Of a stretch of DNA of 64,000 nt, positions 12,298 through 26,554 are shown in pieces. Each line of letters opens with the position of its first letter. Position 1 is the stretch's first letter. The notes under the pieces were generated by a model that did not search any database, had not been told where the DNA came from, and saw only the letters and a list, made by a program, of their open reading frames with translations. The stretch comes from Eledone cirrhosa (lineage: Eukaryota). A program made the position numbers and the translations under genes. The stretch covers positions 15,810,001 through 15,874,000 of the forward strand of contig OZ024757.1 in NCBI GenBank assembly GCA_964016885.1, given 5' to 3'.

Positions 12298-14260
12298 GTC
12301 TGTCTGTCTGTCTGTCCAACAGCATGTCTCCCTCTGTCTCTCTGTCTGTCTGACTGCATGTCTGTCCTACTGTCTCTGTCTGTCGGACTGACTGCATGTC
12401 TCTCTTTCTGTCCGACTGACTACATACTACATATCTGTCACTGTGTCTTGCTGTCTGCCTGACTGCATGTCTGTCTCTGTCTGTCCCACTGTCTCTGTAT
12501 CTGTCTGTCTGTCTGACTGCAGTCTGTCCCACTGTCTCTGTATCTGTCTGTCTGTCTGACTGCAGTCTGTCCCACTGTCTCTGTATCTGTCTGTCTGTCT
12601 GACTGCAGTCTGTCCCACTGTCTCTGTATCTGTCTGTCTGTCTGACTGCAGTCTGTCACACTGTCTCTGTATCTGTCTGTCTGTCTGACTGCAGTCTGTC
12701 ACACTGTCTCTGTATCTGTCTGTCTGTCTGACTGCAGTCTGTCCCACTGTCTCTGTATCTGTCTGTCTGACTGACTGCATGTCTGTCCCACTGTCTCTGT
12801 ATCTGTCTGTCTGTCTGACTGCAGTCTGTCCCACTGTCTCTGTATCTGTCTGTCTGACTGACTGCATGTCTGTCCCACTGTCTCTGTATCTGTCTGTCTG
12901 TCTGACTGCAGTCTGTCCCACTGTCTCTGTATCTGTCTGTCTGACTGACTGCATGTCTGTCCCACTGTCTCTGTATCTGTCTGTCTGTCTGACTGCAGTC
13001 TGTCACACTGTCTCTGTATCTGTCTGTCTGTCTGACTGCAGTCTATCACACTGTCTCTGTATCTGTCTGTCTGACTGACTGCATGTCTGTCCCACTGTCT
13101 CTGTATCTGTCTGTCTGTCTGACTGCAGTCTGTCCCACTGTCTCTGTATCTGTCTGTCTGTCTGACTGCAGTCTGTCCCACTGTCTCTGTATCTGTCTGT
13201 CTGTCTGACTGCAGTCTGTCCCACTGTCTCTGTATCTGTCTGTCTGTCTGACTGCAGTCTGTCCCACTGTCTCTGTATCTGTCTGTCTGACTGACTGCAG
13301 TCTGTCCCACTGTCTCTGTATCTGTCTGTCTGTCTGACTGCAGTCTGTCCCACTGTCTCTGTATCTGTCTGTCTGTCTGACTGCAGTCTGTCCCACTGTC
13401 TCTGTATCTGTCTGTCTGACTGACTGCAGTCTGTCCCACTGTCTCTGTATCTGTCTGTCTGTCTGACTGCAGTCTGTCCCACTGTCTCTGTATCTGTCTG
13501 TCTGTCTGACTGCAGTCTGTCCCACTGTCTCTGTATCTGTCTGTCTGACTGACTGCAGTCTGTCCCACTGTCTCTGTATCTGTCTGTCTGTCTGACTGCA
13601 GTCTGTCACACTGTCTCTGTATCTGTCTGTCTGGCTGACTGCATGTCTGTCCCACTGTCTCTGTATCTGTCTGTCTGTCTGACTGCAGTCTGTCCCACTG
13701 TCTCTGTATCTGTCTGTCTGTCTGACTGCAGTCTGTCACACTGTCTCTGTATCTGTCTGTCTGTCTGACTGCAGTCTGTCCCACTGTCTCTGTATCTGTC
13801 TGTCTGACTGACTGCATGTCTGTCCCACTGTCTCTGTATCTGTCTGTCTGACTGCAGTCTGTCCCACTGTCTCTGTATCTGTCTGACTGCAGTCTGTCCC
13901 ACTGTCTCTGTATCTGTCTGTCTGTCTGACTGCAGTCTGTCCCACTGTCTCTGTATCTGTCTGTCTGTCTGACTGCAGTCTGTCCCACTGTCTCTGTATC
14001 TGTCTGTCTGTCTGACTGCAGTCTGTCCCACTGTCTCTGTATCTGTCTGTCTGTCTGACTGCAGTCTGTCCCACTGTCTCTGCTTGTTTGTCTGTCCCAC
14101 TGTCTCTGTCCGTCTGTCCCACTGTCTCTGTCTGTCTGTCCCACTGTCTCTCTGTCTGTCTGTCTGTCCCACTGTCTCTGTCTGACTGTCTGTCCCACTG
14201 TCTCTGTCTGTCTGTCTGTCTGTCTGTCCCACTGTCTCTGTGTCTGTCTCTCTGTCTGTC
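12298..14260. repeat. ~43-bp minisatellite CTGTCTCTGTATCTGTCTGTCTGTCTGACTGCAGTCTGTCCCA with variants
   Basis: About 37 near-identical units with degenerate flanks. Confidence 0.95.
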
Positions 14261-15649
14261 TCCGATTCCCTCTGCATTTTTTGTTTGCTTTCTCTCTCTC
14301 TCTCTCTCTCTGTCAGCCTCCCCCGTCTCTGTCGGGCTCTCTCTCTCTCTCTGTCAGCCTCCCTCCTCCCTTCTGTCGGCCTCTCTCTCCCTCTCCCCGC
14401 CTCTCGCTCTCTACATCTCTACCTATCCAGGTCTCTGATGTGGAGACTCGTTTGACGGCTATTCAGACTCTGTATCCACTACACACAACCTCCCAGCCCC
14501 TTCACCCCCCGGGCCGCCGCACCTCCCCATTATTACACTACATAACAACGTTTTAATGACACAGATCGATACGTCCATACATATCGATGATGGGGGGGAG
14601 GGAAGGAGACAAAATAGAGCATGACAAGCAACGGACACACATACATCACTCACATACACATACGAATATTCATACATTCACATACAGGCATATATATATA
14701 TATATATGCATACACACACATATGCATACAAACACAATGACGTACACACACGCACATATTCACACATACACACACATTAACATACCTATACACATGCTCA
14801 AACGTTCTTACACATACACTCACGCACACATAAACACATACACACACATATATATATACATACATAAAACACATACACATAAACACATACACACATAAAC
14901 ACACACACATATATATATATACACACGTAAAACGGTGATGATGATGATGATGATGATGATGACATACATACACACACAAAGACATTAACAGTCACACACA
15001 TGTGTATGTGTATATATATATATACACATACACACACATGTGTATATACAAATATATATATATATGCATACTAACACACAGACATATATATATATACATA
15101 CATACATACACACACAAATAAATTAACAGTCACACACATATGTGTATGTATATATATATATATACATACACACACATGTGTGTATACAAATATATATATA
15201 TATATGGATACTAACACACACACACACACATATATATATATACATACATACACACACAAAGAAATTAACAGTCACACACAAATGTGTATGTATGTATATA
15301 TATATATATATATACATACACACACGTGTGTATACAAATATATATATATATACACACACATTTGTGTGTATACAAATATATATATATATATATATATATA
15401 TGCATACTAACACACACACACGCACACACACACATATATATATATACATGCACACCAACACACACACACTCACACACACGTGACATGCTAAATCCGGGTC
15501 TTTCATATCGGAACCGGATATATGATTACAGCGAGAAAGAGTAAAAAAAAAAATAAAGAAAATTCTTGGTTGTCATGTGACATTTTTTCTCAATGAATGA
15601 ATATTGTGTGAGAACAAAACTACATTAATAAACCAGAGGGGTGAGATAT

Positions 15650-15662
15650 GTAGTAGTAGTAA

Positions 15663-15696
<34 letters not shown>

Positions 15697-15868
15697 GGTG
15701 GTGGTGGTAGTGGTAGTAGTGGTGGTGGTGGTGGTGGTAGTGGTAGTAGTGGTGGTGGTGGTGGTAGTGGTAGTGGTGGTAGTAGTAGTAATAGTAGTAG
15801 TAGTAGTGGTGGTGGTGGTGGTAGTAGTAGTGGTGGTAGTAGTGGTGGTGGTAGTAGTAGTAGTGGTG

Positions 15869-15927
<59 letters not shown>

Positions 15928-16027
15928 GGTGGTGGTAGTAGTAGTGGTAGTGGTAGTAGTGGTGGTGGTAGTAGTAGTAGTGGTGGTGGTAGTGGTAGTA
16001 GTAGTGGTGGTAGTAGTAGTGGTTGTG

Positions 16028-16059
<32 letters not shown>

Positions 16060-16245
16060 GGTAGTAGTGGTAGTAGTAGTGATGGTGGTTGTAGTAGTGG
16101 TAGTAGTAATGGTGGTGGTTGTAGTAGTGAATGTAGTTGTAATAGTGGTTGTAGAAGTAGTGGTAGTAGTAATAATAGTGGTGGCAGTTGCTGTCATCGT
16201 TCGTAGTATTAGTATTAGTGGTAGTGGTAGTGGTAGTGGTAGTAG
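15650..16245. repeat. (GTA/GTG)n array
   Basis: Direct inspection. Confidence 0.95.
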
Positions 16246-16675
16246 TTTTACACATACACAAGAAGTTTACGGTGTATAGTAGCAATTGCTGTTATTGATA
16301 AACAACTGATTATATATATACATGTATGTATATATATATGTATATATAGTTTTTAAAACTGTTATACTCTGCTATGTATTGAGTACCTTACTTACTGTGG
16401 TTACCTCCGATTCAACCCGGAATAACGTATATGTATATATATATATATATATATATACATATATACACATACATATATACATACATATGTATACATACAT
16501 ATATACATACATATATATATACATATATACATACATACATATATATATACACATACATATATGCATATATACACATACATATATACATATATACACATAC
16601 ATATATATTTATATATACATATACATATATACATACATATATATACATACATACATGTATACATATACATACATA

Positions 16676-16707
<32 letters not shown>

Positions 16708-16732
16708 CATATATATACATACATACATATAT

Positions 16733-16765
<33 letters not shown>

Positions 16766-16949
16766 TACATACATATATATATACTTACATATATACAAAC
16801 ATATATACATATATACATACATACATATATATACAAACATATATATACATAAATATATACACAGATATATATACATAGATATATATATATATACATATAT
16901 ATACATACATATACATATATATATATACATACATATATACATACATACA

Positions 16950-16983
<34 letters not shown>

Positions 16984-17135
16984 CATATAATGTTTTAGAT
17001 CGATATCCAATGATATATATATATATATATACATACACACACAGAGGGAGAAAGATATATGTATATATAGAGAAAGAAAGAGCCATATATCGTATAAGAA
17101 ACACAGTATATTGTATATATATACTCATTATCTGA

Positions 17136-17184
<49 letters not shown>

Positions 17185-17212
17185 ATCAAAAGATGGTTAA
17201 AAGAGGTCCATG

Positions 17213-17283
17213 TATTTTATTATGCGCATTTCAAAAACAAATATCATCATGCTATAACATTTGCGTTTTCGTCAGATAAAATA
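17213..17283 (-). ncRNA. Type I hammerhead ribozyme
   Basis: Minus strand: UAUUUUAU-CUGACGA-[~14-bp stem II]-GAAA-UGCGCA-UA-AUAAAAUA; perfect 8-bp stem I, palindromic minimal stem III. Confidence 0.8.
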
Positions 17284-17482
17284 GGGAGACATGATATGAA
17301 GCTTAAAAAACACCTGTGATTAGTGCAGTTTTAAATCGACATATTTTGAACTTATATATTATTTATACTCCAGTCCTACAAACTGTAGAGTGCTACTTAT
17401 CCGATATTTGCATTGCTTTATTGTACTACAATAAAACTCACCTCCTACATATATATATATATATATAAGATTTTATATAGAT

Positions 17483-17535
17483 GAGATTCTACAGGACTAG
17501 AACTGTTTCATTCTTTAGAAATCATCAGGAATCTC
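17483..17535 (-). ncRNA. Type I hammerhead ribozyme (second family)
   Basis: Minus strand: GAGAUUC-CUGAUGA-UUUCUAAAGAAU-GAAA-CAG[uucuaguc]CUG-UA-GAAUCUC; 7-bp stem I, GUA cleavage triplet. Confidence 0.8.
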
Positions 17536-17584
17536 TTTGAGTACCTTACTTACTGTAGTTACCTCCGATTCAACCCGGAATAAC

Positions 17585-17652
<68 letters not shown>

Positions 17653-17849
17653 GGGGGGGAGAAAGACTGTGTGGTGTGTTTGAGAGAGAGAGAGAGAAAT
17701 TTGATTCTTTTCTTCATAAACCAGAAATTAACATATTCCTGTATATTGCAGCTACTTGATATAAATTATATGTTAGCCGTGATTCTTGACTTTCACCCAG
17801 GTAGTACAGTTTCGTATCCTGGTATGGGAGCTAGGATATGTTTTAACAG

Positions 17850-17964
17850 AGAGAGAGGGGGAGGAGGGAGATAGATAGGGGGGAGGCGGTATCTAGATAC
17901 ATAGATAGAGAGAGAGAGAATGAGACGGGAGAGAAAGAGGGACGGAAGAAAGAGGGGGAGGCGG

Positions 17965-18021
<57 letters not shown>

Positions 18022-18470
18022 ACGGGATAGACAGAGAGGGGCAGGAGAGAGAGGGAGGAGCAGGAGAGAGAGGGAGGAGCAGGAGAGAGGGGGGAGACGG
18101 GAGAGAGAGGGGGGAGACGGGAGAGAGAGAGGGGGGAGATGGGAGAGAGAGAGGGGGGAGACGGGAGAGAGAGAGGGGGAGACGGGAGAGAGAGAGGGGG
18201 GAGACGGGAGAGAGAGAGGGGGGAGACGGGAGAGAGAGAGGGGGGAAATGGGAGAGAGAGAGGGGGGAGACGGGAGAGAGAGAGAGTGGGGAGAGAGAGG
18301 GGGAGCGGGAGAGAGAGAGTGGGGAGAGAGAGGGGGAGCGGGAGAGAGAGAGTGGGGAGAGAGAGGGGGGGAGCGGGAGAGAGAGAGTGGGGAGAGAGAG
18401 AGTGGGGAGAGAGAGGGGGAGACGGGAGAGAGAGAGAGAGACGGGAGAGAGAGGGGGAGGCGGTAAATAG

Positions 18471-18501
<31 letters not shown>

Positions 18502-18604
18502 ATGAGACGGGAGAGAGAGAGAATGAGACGGGAGAGAGAGAATGAGACGGGAGAGAGAGAATGAGACGGGAGAGAGAGGGACGGGAGAGAGTGGGGGGAG
18601 ACGG

Positions 18605-18636
<32 letters not shown>

Positions 18637-18690
18637 GAGAGCGAGAGAATGAGACGCGAGAGCGAGAGAGAAAGACAGACGCGAGAGGGT
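17850..18690. repeat. Purine-rich (GA/GGG) low-complexity array
   Basis: Direct inspection. Confidence 0.9.
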
Positions 18691-19063
18691 TATACATATT
18701 TATATCTTTTATTGAATATGTAAGTTTATGTGTGTGTGTATACATATATGTATATATCTGTGTGTGTATGTATGTATGTATATATATATATTTGTGTGCG
18801 TGTGTATTTATCTAGTATGTATATGTGTGTGTTATATATATATATCGGGTGGGTGGTGGAATGTGTATGTATGTATGTATATATGTATGTATGTCTGAAT
18901 CTGTGGGAATGTATGTATGTATGTATGTATGTGTGTGTGTGTATGTATGTATGTATGTATGTATGTATGTCTTGTATGTATGGTATGTATGTCTTGTATG
19001 TATGTATGTATGTATGTATGTATGTATGTATGGTATGATTGTATGTATGTATGTATGTATGTG

Positions 19064-19127
<64 letters not shown>

Positions 19128-19509
19128 GTATGTATGGTATGTATGTCTGTATGTATGTATTGTATGTATGTATGTGTGTATGTATGTATGTATGTATTGC
19201 ATGTATGTATGTATTGCATGTATGTATGTATTATACGTATGTATGTATGTATGTATGGTATGTATGTATTGCATGTATGTATGTATTGTATGAGAGGTAT
19301 AGGAAGAGGTGGAAAGTAAAGAAGGTGTAGTCATACTAACCCCCTTCCTAAAGATGTGTATGAAATTTGGGCAGTATCCTCGACCACCGTTGCTAAGATA
19401 TTGCTAGGAGGTACAGGTAACTATAGCAACATACCCGTACATATATAGCGGTACATTTATATAGAGAGAGTTAGAAACGATGGCATACATATATAAGAAT
19501 ACATGGAAA

Positions 19510-20196
19510 TATATAGATAGAAATATATAGACATACATATAGGGGTATATAGATATACATATAGGGGTATATAGATATACATATAGGGATATATCGAAAA
19601 TATATAGACATACATATAGTGGTATATAGATATACATATAGGGGTATATCGAAAATATATAGACATACATATAGGGGTATATAGATATACATATAGGGGT
19701 ATATCGAAAATATATAGACATACATATAGGGGTATATAGATATACATATAGGGATATATCGAAAATATATAGACATACATATAGGGGTATATAGATATAC
19801 AGATAGGGGTATATCGAAAATATATAGACATACATATAGGGGTATATAGATATACAGATAGGGGTATATCGAAAATATATAGACATACATATAGGGGTAT
19901 ATAGATATACAGATAGGGGTATATCGAAAATATATAGACATACATATAGGGGTATATAGATATACATATAGGGGTATATAGATATACATATAGGGATATA
20001 TCGAAAATATATAGATTTATATATAGGGGTATATTGAAAATATATAGATATAGGTATATTGGGTCTGATCAGCCCCAGCTGGGTCACCTGGAGAAGGGTG
20101 TATGATGTTGAAAGACCCGAAACACCCGATGATACCAGGCATATCACTGAAGATGTGTTCAGATGTATCAGTCATAGGTGTATGCACACAACGAGG

Positions 20197-20244
<48 letters not shown>

Positions 20245-20618
20245 GTATATTGTAAATATATATATATATATATATATATATAGGGGTATATTGAAAATAT
20301 ATATATATATATATATATATATAGGGGTATATTGAAAATATATATATATATATATATATATATAGGGGTATATTGAAAATATATATATATATATAGGGGT
20401 ATATTGAAAATATATAAATATATATATATATATAGGGGTATATTGTAAATATATAAATATATATATATAGGGGTATATTGTAAATATATAAATATATATA
20501 TATAGGGGTATATTTTAAATATATAAATATATATAAATAGGGGTATATTGTAAATATATAAATATATATAAATAGGGGTATATTGTAAATATATAAATAT
20601 ATATATAGGGGTATATTG

Positions 20619-20661
<43 letters not shown>

Positions 20662-20800
20662 GTATATTGTAAATATATAAATATATATATATATCGGGGT
20701 ATATTGTAAATATATAGATATATATATAAATAGGGGTATATTGTAATAGATATATATATATATATATATATATATAGGGGTATATTGTAAATATATAGAT
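19510..20800. repeat. 55-bp minisatellite (TCGAAAA at 19594, 19649, 19704...) grading into a TAGGGGTATATTG/(TA)n array
   Basis: Periodic units; interrupted by unique sequence at 20060-20195. Confidence 0.9.
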
Positions 20801-20866
20801 AAGGCGAGAGAGAGAGAGAGAGAGAGCGAGACATGGGTAGATAGATAGGGAGAGTTAGCGAAAGAA

Positions 20867-20908
<42 letters not shown>

Positions 20909-21178
20909 TGTTAAAGGGAATAAGAAGAAATAGAGTGATTATGTTGAACATTGCTGTTAGATAATTGATTTGTAACGTTCAGTGCACTTTACAGATTAGT
21001 TCGATAGAATCTGGGTTGTGGAGATAGTAGGCGGTGTAGATCACACACACACACACTGCAGCAGGGACTTCTTTCTCTGCTCCCTACGTCTCCCTTGCTC
21101 TCTCTTTATATATATATAGTGTGTGTGTGTGGGACACACATATATGTATCGCAGTATGTGTGTGTGTGTGCGTTTAAT

Positions 21179-21306
<128 letters not shown>

Positions 21307-21383
21307 GGGATGAGAGAAAGCTTTTGTGTATTTCTTTTGCAAGATTCTTGATGTGAAATCGGGTGTAGAGACACACACACAAG

Positions 21384-21421
<38 letters not shown>

Positions 21422-21661
21422 CACACACACGCACACAGACACACACACACAGGCACACACACATATATACACACACATAGACACACACACACGCGCACGC
21501 ACAGAGGCACACACACACACACGCGCACGCACACAGGCACACACACGCACATCCGGTTAGTATCGATGGCTGCGAGAATGAGCACTCATTCATTTCCGTA
21601 GTAGAAATCGATATTTTATTTAATCAGGTCAGGTTTGAACCTTGTTGCTCGAGGGTGTTCG

Positions 21662-22951
21662 TGTTACACCCCGGGCAACGGTTTAAAGTTTACCACCAGG
21701 ACCAGTTGGTGTTGTTAAACCGGGAAACGGATTAAATCTACCACCCAAAGACCCTGTGCTGGTGTTAAATTTGGCAACATATTAAGCCTACCACCCAAGG
21801 ACCAGGTGGTAGTGTTAAATTTGGCAACATATTAAGCCTACCACCCAAGGACCAGGTGGTAGTGTTAAATTTGGCAACATATTAAGCCTACCACCCAAGG
21901 ACCAGGTGGTAGTGTTAAATTTGGCAACATATTAAGCCTACCACCCAAGGACCAGGTGGTAGTGTTAAATTTGGCAACATATTTAGCCTACCACCCAAGG
22001 ACCAGGTGGTAGTGTTAAATTTGGCAACATATTAAGCCTAGCCTACCACCCAAGGACCAGGTGGTAGTGTTAAATTTGGCAACATATTAAGCCTAGCCTA
22101 CCACCCAAGGACCAGGTGGTAGTGTTAAATTTAGCAACATATTAAGCCTAGCCTACCACCCAAGGACCAGGTGGTAGTGTTAAATTTGGCAACATATTAA
22201 GCCTAGCCTACCACCCAAGGACCAGGTGGTAGTGTTAAATTTAGCAACATATTAAGCCTAGCCTACCACCCAAGGACCAGGTGGTAGTGTTAAATTTGGC
22301 AACATATTAAGCCTAGCCTACCACCCAAGGACCAGGTGGTAGTGTTAAATTTAGCAACATATTAAGCCTAGCCTACCACCCAAGGACCAGGTGGTAGTGT
22401 TAAATTTAGCAACATATTAAGCCTAGCCTACCACCCAAGGACCAGGTGGTAGTGTTAAATTTAGCAACATATTAAGCCTAGCCTACCACCCAAGGACCAG
22501 GTGGTAGTGTTAAATTTAGCAACATATTAAGCCTAACCTACCACCCAAGGACCAGGTGGTAGTGTTAAATTTGGCAACATATTAAGCCTACCATCCAAGG
22601 ACCAGGTAGTAGTGTTAAATTTGGCAACATATTAAGCCTAGCCTACCACCCAAGGACCAGGTGGTAGTGTTAAATTTGGCAACATATTAAGCCTACCATC
22701 CAAGGACCAGGTGGTAGTGTTAAATTTGGCAACATATTAAGCCTACCATCCAAGGACCAGGTAGTAGTGTTAAATTTGGCAACATATTAAGCCTACCACC
22801 CAAGGACCAGGTGGTAGTGTTAAATTTGGCAACATATTAAGCCTACCACCCAAGGACCAGGTGGTAGTGTTAAATTTGGCAACATATTTAGCCTACCACC
22901 CAAGGACCAGGTGGTAGTGTTAAATTTGGCAACATATTAAGCCTAACACCC
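21662..22951. repeat. 50/54-bp tandem array with an internal hairpin (CTACCACC-N9-GGTGGTAG)
   Basis: About 23 near-identical units of TTGGCAACATATTAAGCCTA(GCCTA)CCACCCAAGGACCAGGTGGTAGTGTTAAAT plus two degenerate left units. Confidence 0.95.
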
Positions 22952-23615
22952 AAAAATTCTTCCTCCGGTTAGCTAACATGCAGTCAAATTCTACCTCCAT
23001 GGCTTCTGTTGGACCTACGCGGTTATAGTATAAAACAATGGTCACACTTATGTACGGTAGAATCGAAAACAAAACGACGTTTATCTAAAACGTTGAGTGC
23101 TTAAAATTGAGGAAAAGGATGGAGACGGCAGGGATTTTTAAGCAACGAAAGAAATACGGAAGGGGAGAAGGTGATAGATTCTACACCCAAGTCAGAGTGG
23201 TGTTTCGGCTGCGCCCCGCGGATAAAATAGCACAGGCACTGCCTCCGAAAATGGCTAGTGACACCCGCTGCAATAGCCACCCCACCTCGCGATGCTCCTT
23301 CCTCAGACAGGCTGCTGTCATTCCTATTTTACGTATTGTGTAGTGTATCTCTAAACCTTACACCCTGGCATGATTATCGAATGTAAAATAAAGTGATGTA
23401 AAATTTATTAAAAAATCGAATCTGCGAAAGTTATGTTGACTAACATCATCTTTATTTTATTTTATGAAGTGGAAATAAGAATTAATAATTTTTTTATATT
23501 GCCCCGAATCCCTGGTGGAGTTGTAGGGTGACCGTGGTAATGTTCAGCGTGTCCCGGGCATTTTAAAAGTGGGGGTGGAACCCATCTCCAAGGTGTCATC
23601 ATAATTTATTTCTTC

Positions 23616-23652
<37 letters not shown>

Positions 23653-23842
23653 GTGTGTGTGTGAGAGAGAGAGAGATGGGCATGTGTGTGTGAGAGAGAG
23701 AGAAAGAGAGGGGGCATGTGTGTGAGAGGGAGAGAGTGTTTTGGGGGAAAAAAGGAAGCGTGTGTGATGGAGAAAGAGAGAGAGAGAGAGAGAGCTTATG
23801 TGTGATTGAGGGAGAGAGAGAAATAGTTAGAGGGATGATAGA

Positions 23843-24190
23843 AGAAGAATTTACCCCAGTACTGAACTGGTACTGGGGTCGATTTATCGTATTCGAAAGG
23901 AGTAAAGGCAAAGATGACACTGACGAGATTTGAACTGAAGGAGCACAGAGCACAAAAAAGCATTCTATCTGACGTCACGTCTCTGACAATTCACTGTTTT
24001 ATATAATAATTGTTTCTACTTTAGGCACAAGGCCAGCAATTACCCAGTGCATTACTGGTACTTTATTTTATCGACCCCGTAAGGATGAAAGGCAAAGTCA
24101 ACCTCGGCGGGATTTGAACTCAGATCGTAAAGGGACGTAACTATGCTGGAAAGCATGGCGTCCGACCCTCTACGGATACTGCCAATCCAT
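23843..24190 (-). mobile_element. Two SINE-A copies (24005-24190 nearly intact)
   Basis: Full core and tail TTGTTTCTACTTTAGGCACAAGGCCAGC...GGATGAAAGGCAAAGTCAACCTCGGCGGG. Confidence 0.8.
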
Positions 24191-25014
24191 TATATAATAA
24201 CTGTATTATTTATTATTACTCCAGATACAAACGATTCTCTCCCTTTGAACTTCCTCGTTAAAAACCATTATTGACGAACCATAAACTCGGCTCTCTGGAA
24301 ACATTTCTCCATAGATTTTGTACTATACTTAAAACTTTCTTTTTTTTTTTCTTACTTCACATATTGTTTTTTTCTTTTTAAATAATCTAATATGAAACAA
24401 TGTGGCAAATAGAAAATGTGTGCAGGAGAAAAAAAGAATTACTGACATATATGTATATATGGACCCGTGACTTCCGAGGAAGTCGTAGGGGCGCCATATT
24501 GACGTACGGTGTTTCTTGGGCAGTTTTGAACCTGGCAGAGACCATCTCCCAACACTGCAAATTTCATCCAGAGAAAGATAGAGAGTGAGAGAAAGGAATT
24601 GAGAAATAGATATAGAGGATAAATCAAACCCAGTACAAGACCTCGATAGGACGAAAGGCAAAGTTGACCTCGGCGGGCAAAGAACCGCAACGAATACTGC
24701 AAAACATTCTATTCAACGTTATAACAACTCTTGCCAATCCACCGCTTTATCACTGACATATAGCTGATAGTTTAAAAATGGGTTAACATTTTCAGAATTT
24801 AATCTTTCCAACACGAACTCGCCAGAAACCGCCACTGGTGTTTTGATACAAAGCCATTTTCTTAAGGTTTTTATATTTATCTACAAAATTTCTGTCATAA
24901 TTTTATGTAAGAAACATTTCGTTAATATAACACCCGAATACTCGCTTAAACATTACAAAGTTAATGTCTTGAAGTGTTTAAGAAACACTCAAATTTTTCA
25001 GAATATGTCTAAAT

Positions 25015-25180
25015 CAGGATTTCCCAACTTTTTCAAACGCGGAACCGTTTTGGGTTCAGAAACTTTTGGGTGAACCCCAAAGTCTAACACTGTTATATGG
25101 TCGTAATATAAATATACTCCTCTATCTTTATTCACAGGACCCCAGACACTCTTTAGCGGAACCCACATTGGGAACCACTG
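25015..25180. mobile_element. hAT (Charlie-like) MITE
   Basis: CAGGATTTCCCAA...TTGGGAACCACTG TIRs; flanks GTCTAAAT / GTCTAAGG (8-bp TSD, 6/8 match). Confidence 0.65.
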
Positions 25181-25194
25181 GTCTAAGGAATTGG

Positions 25195-25440
25195 TTACTG
25201 TTACAGTGAAACTTGAGGGTCAGTCAACTACCGATAGGGTGGAAAAGACATTGGCCATGGTGGACGGTGAAGGAGATGAGCTGGAACAGCCATTCCACCA
25301 CGCGGGGCTCACACTTGTGGGTAGCCAACTCTTCTCTGACACCAGTGAGTAGAGTTGCGGTCCGGGAGCCAAGAACGCCGGATAGTTCCACTGCCACAAT
25401 CACAAACTTATCAGAGAGTAGCTAGTTATACTATTAGATC
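25195..25440 (-). mobile_element. C-terminal restriction-like endonuclease relic of a CRE-type non-LTR retrotransposon
   Basis: LLSDKFVIVAVELSGVLGSRTATLL...LATHKCEPRVVEWLFQLISFTVHHG resembles F.P.AVET.G..G....EPR...WL.QR.S.A..RGN. Confidence 0.6.
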
Positions 25441-26005
25441 CGTAAGAATACACGCAGCGTCTCTTGCTCCCTCGTCCCTTTCTTTAACTTTCATTACTTT
25501 CACTATTTCATGAAAACAGTATTTTTATTGCAAACATTGAAATATGTTGAATAAAAGATGGTCAAAGTTATTAATGAATATTTAAAAATATAAAATTCTC
25601 CTCTTCATTATTTAACATCAGCTTTATATACAGCCATTAAAAATCATAGGCAGTGTCTTTCATTAGAAATATTATAACACAAAAGTTAAATATACGATAG
25701 AGAAAATCTAAGTAATGTTAAGATCCAATCCAGTCCAGGGCCTTCTCATGCCTGTTGGACGAACCCCTCCCTGGTTGACCTCCATCGCATTTTTTTTTGT
25801 CTTTGTACATGCCTTCAGGGGCGTGGCCGTACTCACCACGCTTGACCGATTGCGAGTTGGTGAGGCTATTTAATCCAAAGCTGGGGTGGATGGTCGTTGA
25901 CTCTGAGGAGTTAAACCGCGATGTTTAGTGGTAAACAGTATTGAGATGAAATATCTACATATTTTCTATGAAGAAAGAAATGAGAAATTTACAAACGCCA
26001 GATAT

Positions 26006-26134
26006 CTATCTATCTATCTAAGGCGGGTAAAATTCCCGATATCCATGGACGAGTTCTCTCCAGCGGTCTCTGTCCCTCATTATCGCTGCCATATCCTGCA
26101 TCTCCAACATACCAGTGTCAGTCCTTAGGGCATC
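26006..26134 (-). mobile_element. Short 5'-truncated LINE (RTE/RTEX-like) with (ATAG)n tail and 12-bp TSD
   Basis: DALRTDTGMLEMQDMAAIMRDRDRWRELVHG...*; TSD AACGCCAGATAT at 25994-26005 and 26135-26146. Confidence 0.75.
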
Positions 26135-26168
26135 AACGCCAGATATATGTAAATGAAATGGCGAGAAG

Positions 26169-26242
<74 letters not shown>

Positions 26243-26554
26243 GATCCTGGCCAGAGAAATATAACAAAACAATGATATCCTACATAAACTAAATGGCATA
26301 AGTTTTCTGCGGAGTTGAGGGTGGCGGAGGGGTATCGTCAATAGCATCTACCTCAGTATATGTGAAATATTTAATCGAAAAAAGACCCAGGTAGGTTATA
26401 ATAGATTGGTAGTTATTTTATCGATCTCTATATTTAAAGAACTTTGCTCGGGCTCGCTTGGGCAATCATCCGGACCATTTAGAGTCGGTTGCTGCTCTGG
26501 AAGACATGTATGAGAATTCTGCCCATACAACCCTCCCAGGAATAAGTAGGCATA

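Noticed and set aside
14430-14556. Plus-strand terminal exon VSDVETRLTAIQTL... after tccag
   Set aside because: The acceptor pyrimidine tract is a CT microsatellite, and there are no partner plus-strand exons
21662-22951. Palindromic repeat array as CRISPR
   Set aside because: No unique spacers, eukaryotic context, no cas genes
23545-23615. Minus-strand terminal exon EINYDDTLEMGSTPTFKMPGTR*
   Set aside because: Short; acceptor formed by (CT)n; phase does not follow the 33329 exon
25207-25344. Plus-strand 138-nt open segment between ttacag and gtgagt
   Set aside because: The opposite strand is better explained as a CRE-type retrotransposon endonuclease relic; weak pyrimidine tract
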